DNA of 64,000 nt from an uncultured Fibrobacterota bacterium. Its GTDB lineage: Bacteria; Fibrobacterota; Chitinivibrionia; Chitinivibrionales; FEN-1185. The translations under genes were made by a program, and so were the position numbers. The number at the start of each line of letters is the position of its first letter. Within the stretch, counting starts at the first letter, position 1. Shown here piece after piece: positions 30,681 to 41,272 of the stretch. The stretch covers positions 32,001 to 96,000 of the forward strand of contig CAVWBU010000049.1 of NCBI GenBank assembly GCA_963753345.1, read 5' to 3'. The notes under the pieces are model-generated. The model did no database searches. It was not told the origin of the DNA and worked only from the letters and a program-made list of their open reading frames with translations.

Positions 30681-33200
30681 TCAGCTGTCAAGCTTTACCG
30701 GCGTCGGCTTGACGTCCCAGATGTCTTCGGCATACTGCCGTATGGTGCGGTCGGACGAAAACCTACCCATGTTCGCAACGTTGAGAATGGACATTTTTGT
30801 CCAGCGTTCCGTGTCGACATAGGCCTGCGCAAGGGTCTTCTGGCACTGGACGTAGGAATCGAAATCGGCCATCACCATGTAACGGTCCCCGCCGTTGAGC
30901 AGCGAATCGAAAATGGGACGGAAGAGCTGCGGCTCCTCGGGGCTGAAGAACCCGAGCGAGATGAGGTCCATCACCTTCCGGAGTTTTTCGTTCTTGTGGT
31001 AGTAGTCCCACGGGTTGTACGATTTTGCGCGAAGCTCGTTCACCTCGTGCGCGCGCAGCCCGAAAATAAAGATGTTCTCGTCGCCCACTTCCTCCCACAT
31101 TTCGATGTTCGCGCCGTCCATGGTGCCGATGGTGATGGCGCCGTTGAGCCCGAACTTCATATTGCCGGTGCCCGATGCCTCGGTGCCGGCCGTCGAAATC
31201 TGCTCCGAGACCTCGGCCGCTGGCATGATGTATTCGGCGAGCGTCACACGGTAGTTGGGGATGAAATGGACCTCGAGCAGGCCGCGGGTGTCCGGGTCGC
31301 CGTTGATCACGCCCGCCACGTTGTTGATGAACTTGATGAGGAGCTTCGCCATGTAGTAGCCGGGAGCGGCCTTGCCGGCAAAGAGCACGGCGCGCGGCAC
31401 GAACTCTTTTTTCTTTCCCGCCTTGATCTCGTTGTACATGGCGATGCAATGGAGGATGTTGAGCGTCTGGCGCTTGTATTCGTGAATGCGCTTCACCTGG
31501 GCGTCGAACATGAGGTCCGGGTTGATGCGCATGTTTTCCCATTTCTTGAGGATGCCGGCGAGGCGTTTCTTGTTGGAAAGCTTCGCCTCGCGCCAGCGCT
31601 TCCCGAATTCCCGGTCGTCGGCAAGGGGGACAAGTTTTTTGAGCTGGGAAAGGTCCTTGATCCAGCCGTCGCCGATGCTTTCGGTGACCAGCGACGACAG
31701 GGGCTGGTTCGCCGCGTACAGCCACCGCCGCTGGGTGATGCCGTTGGTCTTGTTGTTGAACTTTTCCGGCCACATGTCGTGGAAGTTCCTCACCAGGCCG
31801 TCTTCGAGCAGCTTGGTGTGCAGCTCCGACACGCCGTTTACCGAATGCGAACCGACGATGGCGAGGTACGCCATGCGCACCTTGGGGTCGGGGCCTTCCT
31901 CGATGAGCGACATGTCGCGCAGCTTGTCGACCTGGCCGGGGTACTTGTACGACACCTGGCGCAGGAACTTGCTGTTGATTTCGTAGATGATCTCCATATG
32001 GCGCGGGAGCAGGGTCTTCACGAGACTCACGGGCCAGCGCTCGAGCGCCTCGGGCATCAGGGTGTGGTTGGTGTAGGCGAACGTGCGCACCACAATGTCC
32101 CACGCATCGTCCCACAAGAGCCCGTTTTCGTCGATAAGCAGGCGCATGAGCTCCACAATGGCGATTGCGGGGTGCGTGTCGTTGAGCTGGATGGCCACCT
32201 TGTCGGGGAAGTTTTTGAAATCCTTGTTGTTCGAGAGATAACGCCGCATGATGTCCTGCAGCGACGCGGACGTGAAGAAATGCTGCTGCTTGAGCCGCAG
32301 CTCCTTGCCGGAATGGTTGTTGTCGTTGGGGTAGAGCACCTTGGAGATGTTCTCGCTTGTCAATTTATCCTGGCACGCGCCGATGTAGTCGCCGCTGTTG
32401 AAGTAGTCGAACTTGAACTCGTGCGCGGCGCGCGCGCTCCACAGGCGAAGGGTGTTCACCGTGTTGTTGCCGTAGCCGGGCACCGGCACGTCGAACGGCA
32501 GCGCGATCACCTCCTCGGTGTCGACCCACGCCACCTTCTGTTTGCCGTTCGCGTCGGTATGGTACAGGGTCTTGCCGTAGTATTTGATGTGGGCCTTGTA
32601 CTCGGCGCGCTCCATCACCCAGGGGTTAACCTGCTGGAGCCACTGTTCCGGATACTCGGCCTGGTGGCCGTTCACGATGCGCTGGTTGAAAATCCCGAAT
32701 TCGTACAGGATGCCGTAACCGACCGCCGGCAGCTCGAGCGTGGCCATGGAATCGAGGAAGCATGCGGCAAGCCTGCCGAGGCCGCCGTTGCCGAGTCCCG
32801 CGTCAACCTCCTGGTCGATGATGTCTTCGATGTCGAGTCCCAGGTCCTTCATGGCGCTTGCGCTGGGTTCGCGCATTTTGAGGTTCATGATGTTGTTCGA
32901 CAGGAGCCGCCCCATCAGAAACTCCATCGACATGTAGTACACGCGCTTGACGTTCTGCTCGTGGTACAGTTGCTTGGAGGTGATCCACCGCTCGATGAGC
33001 CGGTCGCGCACAGTGTAGGCGAGGCTCAAAAACTCCGCGTACGCGGTGAGCGAGTACTTGTCTTTTGCGAGGTTGTATTCGAGGTTGTTGAGAAACCCGA
33101 GCCGCACGTTCTCCCGCGCCATCCCCTTGAAATGGACCGACCAGTTCTTGTTGTCCTTGTCCGGGATCCTCGTGACGGTTTCGGTGATCGCTTTCTGCAT
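30681..33200 (-). CDS. glgP: Glycogen/alpha-glucan phosphorylase
   Basis: GLGNGGLGRLAACF, QLNDTHP, KRIHEYKRQ, EASGTGNMKF. Confidence 0.98.
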   Translation of the reverse strand: MQKAITETVTRIPDKDNKNWSVHFKGMARENVRLGFLNNLEYNLAKDKYSLTAYAEFLSLAYTVRDRLIERWITSKQLYHEQNVKRVYYMSMEFLMGRLLSNNIMNLKMREPSASAMKDLGLDIEDIIDQEVDAGLGNGGLGRLAACFLDSMATLELPAVGYGILYEFGIFNQRIVNGHQAEYPEQWLQQVNPWVMERAEYKAHIKYYGKTLYHTDANGKQKVAWVDTEEVIALPFDVPVPGYGNNTVNTLRLWSARAAHEFKFDYFNSGDYIGACQDKLTSENISKVLYPNDNNHSGKELRLKQQHFFTSASLQDIMRRYLSNNKDFKNFPDKVAIQLNDTHPAIAIVELMRLLIDENGLLWDDAWDIVVRTFAYTNHTLMPEALERWPVSLVKTLLPRHMEIIYEINSKFLRQVSYKYPGQVDKLRDMSLIEEGPDPKVRMAYLAIVGSHSVNGVSELHTKLLEDGLVRNFHDMWPEKFNNKTNGITQRRWLYAANQPLSSLVTESIGDGWIKDLSQLKKLVPLADDREFGKRWREAKLSNKKRLAGILKKWENMRINPDLMFDAQVKRIHEYKRQTLNILHCIAMYNEIKAGKKKEFVPRAVLFAGKAAPGYYMAKLLIKFINNVAGVINGDPDTRGLLEVHFIPNYRVTLAEYIMPAAEVSEQISTAGTEASGTGNMKFGLNGAITIGTMDGANIEMWEEVGDENIFIFGLRAHEVNELRAKSYNPWDYYHKNEKLRKVMDLISLGFFSPEEPQLFRPIFDSLLNGGDRYMVMADFDSYVQCQKTLAQAYVDTERWTKMSILNVANMGRFSSDRTIRQYAEDIWDVKPTPVKLDS

Positions 33201-33302
33201 GTCGGGCCTCTTCTATGGGGCGAAATGGAGGAATGGGGTTTGGGCTAAATCGTAGGTACAAAATAATTCATGAGGGATGGATTAAATAATCAAGAATATC
33301 CA

Positions 33303-33457
33303 GGAGGGGGAGGTGTCCCCCTGGCCCCCGGCTTCCGTCGCCGCAGGTCTATAATGTCAATTTCGAGCGGCGACGGTGATCCGGGGGCACACCCCCTGGT
33401 GGGTAGCCCCCTTGACGGAGCGGCGGCAAACCAGAAACATTGTTGCGGGGGCACCCA
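33303..33457. repeat. Solitary unit A
   Basis: GGGGGAGGTGTCCCCCT[arm]ACCCCCTGGTGGGTAGCCCCC...GGGGGCACCC. Confidence 0.85.
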
Positions 33458-33621
33458 GAAACATAGTTTTCCGCCGCGGCTGGGCTACCGCGTTTCGCTT
33501 CCCTGCTACGCTATTCATGCCGGTCTTAATCGTTCCCCAAAAAGCAACGTTTTTTGATCGTGCCTGTTGACCTTTCATCATTGGCGAGGTAAATTTACCA
33601 TAGAGACGCAAGGAGGAACCG

Positions 33622-34453
33622 ATGCCGGATATTTTCGCCTACAGCGACAGCCGCCTGTTTCTTAAGGACTACTACGCCGAACACAAGAAGGCGCATCCTT
33701 CCTTTTCGTACCAGTATTTCGCGAACAAGGCCGGGCTGAAGTCAAAGACATTCATCTACAAGGTCATCGCGGGCCAGAAGACGCTTTCAAAGGGTGCGGT
33801 GTTTGCCGTGGCCCAGGCAATGGGGCTTAACAGGAAAGAAACCGAGTATTTCGAAGCCATGGTACATTTCACGCAGGCAAAGACCGGACGGGAGCGCGAG
33901 TTCTATTTTAACCACCTGCAGGCGTTCGGCAAGCATCACACTTCCGCGCAGCTTCGGCAAGACCAGTTTACGTATTTCTCAAAGTGGTACTATCCGGCCC
34001 TGCGCGAGCTTGTCGCGTTTCTCGACTTCAAAGACGATTTCAAGATACTTGCCCGAACACTCAACCCGCCCATTACAACACCTCAAGCCAAAAAGGCAGT
34101 TCGCCTGCTGCTGGACCTGGGCCTGATAAAACGTATGGCCTCGGGGCGATACTTCCAGACCGATAAATCGATAACCACCGGTGATCAGGTTCGGTCGCTT
34201 GCCGTCGCCGCTTTTCAAAAGGAGAACCTGCGGCTTGCCACAGAATCCATCGACCGCCACAAGCGGCAGCTCCGGGACATCTCCACCCTGACCGTCGGCA
34301 TCTCCGAAGCCGGGTTCCAGCGTGTAACGCGAAGAGGTCGCCGCGTTCAGAAAGCGGCTGGCCGAAATGGTTGAGAAAGATGATCCTGTCGATAGAGTGT
34401 ATCAGATAAATTTTCAGGTGTTCCCGCTCTCAACACCGCCCAGGAAGGGATAA
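33622..34453 (+). CDS. TIGR02147 (Fibrobacter paralogous family) protein, frameshifted near 34330
   Basis: FLKDYY..HK...SFSY..FA.KAG and YFSKWYYPALREL; C-terminal VYQINFQVFPLS lies in the shifted frame. Confidence 0.85.
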
Positions 34454-34456
34454 CCT

Positions 34457-36269
34457 ATGCGCAGCAAACTTTTTATCGCCGTCCTTTGCCTCACCCTGCC
34501 GTTTATGGCATGCGTAAAGAATATTGCGGGCGGAAGCACCGAGACAACTAATCCGGCCGTCTCCGCCATGCTCTACAATCCCGGCGGGTCGCCTGCGGCG
34601 CATGCAAAAGTAAGATTCTATCCGATCAATTATAATCCCCGCACAGGCGGCCTGGCCAAGACACTGGCGGCGGTCGTGGACTCAACCACCACCGATGCTA
34701 GCGGTAATTATACTGCCAAGCTCGACACCGGCACGTACAACGTGCTCGCCGCCGGCGACAGCGGCGTCGTGTACCAGGACTCGATAACCGTTGTCAAAGA
34801 CTCAACACGTTCACCCGCCCGCGGACACGCTGAAAGCGCCGGGATCGATCCGAGGAGTAATTCGGCTGCAACCGGGTGATGATGCAAGGACAGTGTTTAT
34901 CCTGTTTATGGGGACAAATACTTGGGGATACGCCGGAAGACTGCCATTGGCAGTTTACCGTTGCAAACATGGCGGAAGGAACGTACAGGGTGAGGATTTC
35001 TGACGACGTTGGATGCGTATGTGCCGAAGGACACGGTGCTGAGCGTGACGTGCAGGGAAGACGGATTCGCTGCCGCATGATATTGTGCTGCAATATACGG
35101 GGATTCCGGTGCCGAGAGGGTTGAAGATCTGCTATGATACATTGAAGCAGATCGTGACGTTGACGTGGAACAGACCAACAACTGGAAGGAAAATCGCCGC
35201 ATACAACATTTACAGAAAGGAACAAGATTCTAGCTTCGCAAGGATCAGAAGCAATGTCCAAGATACCACTTTTTCAGATAGTACTTTACGAGCAAGCGCC
35301 ATTTACGAATATAGAATCGCGGCTGTCGATACGCAAAATACCGAAGGAACACAAAGTCCATCTATAACAATGAACTTTCACAACCGTTTTAACCTAGTCA
35401 CGAGCACGACTGCTTTTGGCAGAAGGCAAGAGCATAGCAGCGTAGTTTTTGATAACAGAATGTGGGTTTTCGCCGGAACTGACGGGTATAATTTGAAGAA
35501 TGATGTTTGGTATTCGACTGATGGCAACTCTTGGACGCAAGCAACGGACTCCGCCAGCTTTGCCAAAAGGCGAGGTCACACATCAGTTGTCTTTAATAAT
35601 AAAATGTGGGTCATTGGAGGTCTCGCCGACAATGGAACGGGGGGCTTTGATGATGCGAGTGATGTTTGGTATTCTACGGATGGCATTTCGTGGATACAGG
35701 AGGCAGCTTCGCCAGATTCCATTTTCTCCGGAAGAGTTGCCCATGCAAGTATTGTCTTTGACAACAAGATTTGGGTCATCGGCGGGTCTGCCAGTAGCGG
35801 CCTTCTGAATGATGCTTGGTATTCCACTGATGGGATTTCTTGGATAGAGGCTACAAATTCAGCCGCCTTTGATAAAAGACTTGGTCATCGCCTTTTTGTT
35901 TTCAAGAATAAAATGTGGCTCGTAGGCGGGAATGACAACAGCGGATTCAAAAACGATGTTTGGAATACACAAGATGGCGTTACTTGGAACGAGGTCTCTA
36001 ACTCAGCTAGTTTCGATGCGAGATATGGATTTGCTGCCGATGTCTTGGATAGCACAATTTGGCTTGTCGGCGGGTACGGCATGCCTGGTGGCACGCTTGG
36101 TCCATTTGATGACGCATGGTATTCTGAAGATGGCGCCCTGTGGAGACAATTCAATATCCCCCCAAATCTCACAGCGAAATTTAACCAATCGTCAGTTGTT
36201 TTCTCAAATGAACTATGGATTATCGGGGCAAATAATTCGGGTGCCAGTGACGTTTGGGCTCTAAGATAG
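34457..36269 (+). CDS. Lipoprotein with carboxypeptidase-regulatory-like, Fn3 and kelch-repeat domains, broken by about 4 frameshifts (34805-35055)
   Basis: FMAC lipobox; protein continues across frames; about 5 repeats of R..H.svVF.nkmWv.GG..DvW.s.DG. Confidence 0.75.
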
Positions 36270-36309
36270 CTGGGTCGCACTATCCATGTCGCCTTGACAA
36301 ATGCTGAAG

Positions 36310-36335
36310 AGCCGGAAGGATTTCTCCTCCCGGCT
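36310..36335. terminator. Hairpin between convergent genes
   Basis: agccgg-aggA...tcct-ccggct stem. Confidence 0.45.
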
Positions 36336-36365
36336 TCATGCAAACGCAGCCGCAATTCCTGCAAG

Positions 36366-39300
36366 CTATTTCTTCTTGTTCAGTTTATCAAATTCCTTTT
36401 TCAAAGATAGCATTTGGTTCTGCTGCTCCTTTATGGCTTCGATAAGAACGGCGACCATGTTGGGATAATTTACGCCCAACATGCCCTTTTCTGATTGGGT
36501 AACCAACTCTGGAAGAACATGCCTTACTTCTTGGGCGATTAGCCCATAAGTTGAAACACCCATGTTTGCTTCTTTCTTCCAATCAAAAGCGACTCCTCGT
36601 AATTTCATTACTTTACCAAGCGCATGTTCTATCTTCCGAATATTCTTCTTGAGTCGCTTGTCAGAAGGGGTCTTGATAATATTCCCACTACTATCACACG
36701 ACAGAGGAGCGGCACCAGAATTCAAATTGCTGGCATGAATCGTGCCATTTACGTCTAATTTCTGCACCGGGTTCGTCAAACCTATTCCTACGTTTCCTCC
36801 GATTTTCACCATAAGCAGGCTACTGCTTGTATTATTGAGTACCTGAAACGGATCGGGGACCGAGGCGACAAAGTCCCAATGGCTGTTTACGGTGTGTCCT
36901 GATTTTGAATTGAATCCGGCCTGTACGCCATTATTGAAGGTCTGTGCGAAACCCGTGATTTGAACACCGGTGGCGTTCCACGCGCCGCCGCCACTGTCGC
37001 TCCATCTGAACGTGTTTGTCTTTTCCCAGTTGCCAGTCCCAGTCTGGCTGAATTGTCCACTGAATTGAAACGTATTCTGATCAACACGCGTAATGACATA
37101 GACGCCATTATAGCTGTTTGGCCCGGAAATTGTAACTTCATTGCCCGTTGACAACCCGTGGTTGTTCGAGGTTGCATTTACAAGGTTGGTGCCCCCGTTG
37201 GCAAATGCAGTGATGGAACCGGTCACGACCGTCTCGATTTGCACTCTGTAATTGGTGTTCCCGTTTTGTCCGGTATAAATACCGCTCGCGGTCATGTCAT
37301 TCAGGCCGGGTCCGGTAAAGGTGGGAGCATTAACCTGAGAGATCGGCACCACATTGGTCAACCCGACATTGCCAATCACATTGAACCGATTGTACACTGC
37401 GCTGTTGGCCCCTGGGGCATTATCCCTGTAATCATTCCCATAAACCATTCCCACATCTGCGGTGGTGGCGATGTTAATACAATTTATGAATCCCGTGGAA
37501 TTGTGTTGGAAAAGACAACCATGAATTTGGATGCGTCCGGCAGTTGCGTTCACCCCTGCGGTTATCGCCTGTGTGTAGTCAATGAAGACAAAATTTGCGA
37601 TCTTAAGACAACCAGGGATTTGCCATAGTATAGTGTTGCCTCCAAGCCAACTCTGGAACACCCCCGTATTCAACAAGAGTATCGCCCCTCCATGATTCCC
37701 GCTGGAGTCGCCGAATATGCAATGGTTTCTATTATAGACGTTTGGACTATTTACATTGCCAACGTTCCCGCATGTGATTCGGACATTGCTTAGTTCCATT
37801 TCCGCTACTGCGCCGGTTGGGGCAGGAATATCCACGTAAATTCCGCAGTCCGCCATATCGAATTGTATGTTTGTTCCGAACAAACCTTGTACTGGACCAG
37901 TCGTTGAATCACTGCTAATCCAAATACCGTTATGTGCGAAAATGGCAAAAAAATCCTTGATTATCAAAAAGTTGGCCTGCTGTATTATTATTGCCGTCAT
38001 GTTTTGCACGAGGTAAGTATACCAGTCTTTTCTCTGTTGATCGGAGGAAGTCCAATCGAATTCGTTGAAATATGAGGGATTAAAAAACACTTTTTCAATT
38101 ATAGTTACGTCTCCCATGTTGTCGACGAGAATGCCGGTTTGCAATGGGAATCCATAAATGTTGTAAAGGTGGTTGCGTCCGCCAACGGCTTGGGCTACCA
38201 TAGAAATTCCCTGGTAGGGGTTTACAAGCGTCAAATTCATGGCTCTGTTGTCGCAACCTTTCCCACTATATCGGGGGCTAGTGTTTGCCTGGAATTCTAT
38301 GCAATACGGATAAGGTTGAACGTTAAACGAAGTACCCTGGGTAGCACCACTAAGATACTGGACCGGATAAAAAATAGTCAATCCCTCTATGACACTTGAG
38401 CCGTTAATAGCGCCCACTTGGGGGTCATTGATGCCGCCTGATAGGATTATGAACGACGGGCCTCCGGAGCTACCGAAGTTCGACAGGCATAACAAAACTG
38501 GCCCCTGGGGAGTTCCTTTGATCCAGAAGTTTTTCATCCATACCGGTGGTGCAGACCTCATCCCACGCAGTATTACATTAGAAGGCACTAAGATAGAGGC
38601 GGAATTGTTGTTGAATACATAGTACCCGTTAGGAACATACACCACACCGCCACCCTCCGCGGACGCAGCCGAAAGGGCATTATTGAAGGCTAAGGTATTG
38701 TCCACGGTTGTTGCAGCAGAAGTTACCTTCCAGGAAACATTGCCCGGTAGAGCGGAGTAGTTGTTAAACGAACCATTAATCGTGATTGTACCATCTACCA
38801 CAGTTCGCACGGTATACGCTCCGCAATTCTGGTTGTTGTGAATCCAAAGAGTGTCACCAGAAGAAACATTTGACATTGTTATGCTTGAGTCTGTTAGGGT
38901 ATTCGCTGAAGAAGAAGAAATTGTTCCAGACAAGCTCCATACTTTGACAAAAAGCGGTATTGCCCCATAATCAAGCACATTATACACTTTCTGTGTCGTC
39001 GCGACCCTATTGAACCCCGGATACCCCGTCCCGTCGTCGATCCTAATGTTTCCATTAACTTGAAGTGCCTCTTGGGGAGTTGTCGTCCCAATTCCTACTT
39101 TTCCCCCAGAATCCAAACGCATTTTGCAAGTTCCGTTAAGACGAAAATTTATTCCATTCTGGCCCGAACCAAGATTGTCAATAAGAGTCGCATTGCTATC
39201 TATTCCCCCTCGAGCTGATCCACCCTGAGCGACCATAGTAACGGCATTCGAATTGTCGGCAATAATTCCAATCGAAGATAGTTTGCCACTGTTATTCCTT

Positions 39301-39542
39301 TGTACAACCAATTGGTAGCCGTCCGCATCATTTTGAACCTTTAGGTTTTCATTGCCCAAGAAGCTGGTTGCGCCAATTTTGACTGGGCCAGAAAAGGCTC
39401 CTGAACCGGCAACGTCAAGTTTCGAACCCGGCGATGTCGTTCCAACGCCGACGTTTGTCCCGTCGTCCAGAATTTGGCTGTCTGTCAAATGTTGAACAGT
39501 TGTCGTGTCGCTGGCTTTTTGGATTTTGTTTACCGTTGCCAT
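36366..39542 (-). CDS. Tail-fibre/tailspike-like protein: VGIGT repeats, pectate-lyase-like beta-helix, C-terminal S74 chaperone domain
   Basis: NVGVGTTSP repeats; NVLDYGA and GGVVYVPNGYY; SDKRLKKNI...GLIAQEV...LIEAIKEQ. Confidence 0.82.
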   Translation of the reverse strand: MATVNKIQKASDTTTVQHLTDSQILDDGTNVGVGTTSPGSKLDVAGSGAFSGPVKIGATSFLGNENLKVQNDADGYQLVVQRNNSGKLSSIGIIADNSNAVTMVAQGGSARGGIDSNATLIDNLGSGQNGINFRLNGTCKMRLDSGGKVGIGTTTPQEALQVNGNIRIDDGTGYPGFNRVATTQKVYNVLDYGAIPLFVKVWSLSGTISSSSANTLTDSSITMSNVSSGDTLWIHNNQNCGAYTVRTVVDGTITINGSFNNYSALPGNVSWKVTSAATTVDNTLAFNNALSAASAEGGGVVYVPNGYYVFNNNSASILVPSNVILRGMRSAPPVWMKNFWIKGTPQGPVLLCLSNFGSSGGPSFIILSGGINDPQVGAINGSSVIEGLTIFYPVQYLSGATQGTSFNVQPYPYCIEFQANTSPRYSGKGCDNRAMNLTLVNPYQGISMVAQAVGGRNHLYNIYGFPLQTGILVDNMGDVTIIEKVFFNPSYFNEFDWTSSDQQRKDWYTYLVQNMTAIIIQQANFLIIKDFFAIFAHNGIWISSDSTTGPVQGLFGTNIQFDMADCGIYVDIPAPTGAVAEMELSNVRITCGNVGNVNSPNVYNRNHCIFGDSSGNHGGAILLLNTGVFQSWLGGNTILWQIPGCLKIANFVFIDYTQAITAGVNATAGRIQIHGCLFQHNSTGFINCINIATTADVGMVYGNDYRDNAPGANSAVYNRFNVIGNVGLTNVVPISQVNAPTFTGPGLNDMTASGIYTGQNGNTNYRVQIETVVTGSITAFANGGTNLVNATSNNHGLSTGNEVTISGPNSYNGVYVITRVDQNTFQFSGQFSQTGTGNWEKTNTFRWSDSGGGAWNATGVQITGFAQTFNNGVQAGFNSKSGHTVNSHWDFVASVPDPFQVLNNTSSSLLMVKIGGNVGIGLTNPVQKLDVNGTIHASNLNSGAAPLSCDSSGNIIKTPSDKRLKKNIRKIEHALGKVMKLRGVAFDWKKEANMGVSTYGLIAQEVRHVLPELVTQSEKGMLGVNYPNMVAVLIEAIKEQQNQMLSLKKEFDKLNKKK

Positions 39543-39594
39543 AGTTCGTCTCCTTTGTTAAAGGACTCCGCGAGACGCTCATTAGTCTCAATTG

Positions 39595-39798
39595 TTAAAT
39601 TTTGCTCCATATTCTCGCCTTCATCATCTGCACGACGTTGATGTGGTTATCCACTTGATCATTGTACCCCTTGACGGCAACCTCGAAATGTTCTTTCGCC
39701 TGGTAGACGGCAGTTTTGCCTGCACCGCCTGTTGGCACACCACGTCCGGGTTTACAGTGTTTTGGCTTTGCTGCATAAAACCTCACTTTCCTTGACAT
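39595..39798 (-). CDS. Possible small protein upstream of the tailspike-like gene
   Basis: 67-aa co-directional ORF; no clear RBS. Confidence 0.3.
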   Translation of the reverse strand: MSRKVRFYAAKPKHCKPGRGVPTGGAGKTAVYQAKEHFEVAVKGYNDQVDNHINVVQMMKARIWSKI

Positions 39799-40051
39799 TT
39801 GGTTTTGTGTGTTATTTCAAATGTGAACGCAAATGATACACGGGCCTGACCACGAGCGTATTCCGCAAATGTCAAGCAGCCAGTGGTGCATGGGGAGGGA
39901 GGTTTGTCGAATCAAAGCTTGACAAAGGACACTCTCAATATACAATCGCCGGGGGGGGCATTGTCAAGACAAAACTGGGGATATTTGGGCGTGCGTTCCG
40001 GCTTGCTGTTGCAGGCTACTCCGCAACTTCTCAGTACAATTCCCGCCTAAC

Positions 40052-40080
40052 AAAAGAAAAGGCCGCGATCCTCCGCGGCC
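40052..40080 (-). terminator. Intrinsic terminator after Hsp20
   Basis: ggccgcgg..cgcggcc followed by ttttcttttg on the minus strand. Confidence 0.7.
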
Positions 40081-40111
40081 CTGCGTCTGCTTCCTCAACA
40101 ACCTGCGCTTC

Positions 40112-40552
40112 TTATTCGACCTTCACCTCAATCGCCTTGGGCTTTGCGGCCTCGGTCTTCCTGAGCGTCAGCTCAAGCAGGCCGTTTGCGTACTTTGCCT
40201 CGACGTGGTCCGCGTCAACGTGGTCGGGAAGCGCGAACTCTCTGCGGAACGAACCGAATCTCCTTTCAAAGTGGTAGTAGCGGTTCTTGTCCCGTTCGGT
40301 CTTCTCTTCCTTCTTCTCGCCGCTGATGGCGAGGACGCCGTTCTTCACCTCAACGGTGATGTCCTTCTTGTCCAGCCCTGGCATGTCCGCCGTGATCTTG
40401 TACGTGTCTTTTTCCTCAACGATGTCGACACGGGGATAGTTGACCAGAGAAATGTCCCGGTCCCATGCGTTGAAGATGCCGTTGCCCAGAAAATCGTCCA
40501 GCAGATTGGACAGGCTGGTGACTGGTGTTTCGTACCTTACGAGCGCTGACAT
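40112..40552 (-). CDS. Hsp20/alpha-crystallin small heat-shock protein
   Basis: PRVDIVE, ERRFGSFRREFALP, YANGLLEL, IEVKVE. Confidence 0.95.
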   Translation of the reverse strand: MSALVRYETPVTSLSNLLDDFLGNGIFNAWDRDISLVNYPRVDIVEEKDTYKITADMPGLDKKDITVEVKNGVLAISGEKKEEKTERDKNRYYHFERRFGSFRREFALPDHVDADHVEAKYANGLLELTLRKTEAAKPKAIEVKVE

Positions 40553-40587
40553 AACTCCTCCTTGTTAAGGTTTGGTGGTTTGACGGT

Positions 40588-40773
40588 TCATATATTCCCG
40601 AGAAACTCCTCCACGGTCGCGCACGTGTTGAGCATGATCGAGAGGTTGGTTATTTCGTCCTTGCTGATGATGGCCTCGCGCTTCGGTCTTCCGCCGAGAA
40701 ACGGTATGTAATCGGGCCTCATGACGTCTTCGAGCTTCACGGACCTTTTGTCGACCACATTCTTGTTTTCCAT
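40588..40773 (-). CDS. Small hypothetical protein (61 aa), probably co-transcribed with Hsp20
   Basis: GGAGG RBS, genome-like codon use, 35 bp upstream of Hsp20. Confidence 0.7.
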   Translation of the reverse strand: MENKNVVDKRSVKLEDVMRPDYIPFLGGRPKREAIISKDEITNLSIMLNTCATVEEFLGNI

Positions 40774-40825
40774 ACGCAGCCTCCGTTCACTTGTCCCAAA
40801 ATCTTGTTTTCGCTTGATAAGAAAG

Positions 40826-40841
40826 GCAAGGCCTGTGCCAA
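40826..40841 (-). promoter_or_regulatory. Putative sigma54 promoter for the small-protein/Hsp20 operon
   Basis: Minus strand reads TTGGCAC-AGGCC-TTGC. Confidence 0.7.
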
Positions 40842-41054
40842 TGAAAAAGGTGTTGAAATTGACGAGATTTCAGGGGTGATAAAGCAAGGTGTTTGATGAT
40901 GGAACATCAGTCCAAAGTTTATTGTATGATTATGAAACGTCTTTGGTATGATGCACGAGGTGATTGATCTGCGCATTAGTCAATGATTGATCCGTTCCAC
41001 CGCCAAACGATCTGCGGTCACCGACATTCAATTAAGCACCCATCGCCCGCCCGC

Positions 41055-41219
41055 GCGTTAGGCCGGACCGCAGGGGGCGCAAGAGCGCATTGTCGGCCGA
41101 CCCTCGCCGCAGGCGACTCGGGCGGTCCGGCAACGAGGCGAACAGCCGACGACCCTTGGAAGCACCCGAAGGGGTGGCCCGGAGGGAGGGCCGGCCCGAG
41201 TGCAGCGAGGGAAACGCCC
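41055..41219 (+). repeat. Solitary unit B with 27-nt insert
   Basis: GCGTTAGGCCGGACCG...GGAGGGCC...AACGCCC. Confidence 0.9.
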
Positions 41220-41272
41220 AATTCTTCTTTCAACCTCACTTGTCCTTGCGTATTCTCTTATTTTTACTTCTC

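Noticed and set aside
30627-33248. Long antisense ORFs (873 aa opposite glgP; similar ones opposite hppA, GH30, the lyase and E1)
   Set aside because: These are shadow frames expected from high-GC codon bias opposite well-supported genes.
36366-39798. Prophage
   Set aside because: There is only one tail-like gene; no integrase, capsid, terminase or lysis genes are in the window.
39977-40051. Possible twelfth, degenerate unit B on the minus strand (GTTAGGCGGGA...ACGCCC)
   Set aside because: Only the termini resemble unit B; the internal core is missing, so it was not counted.
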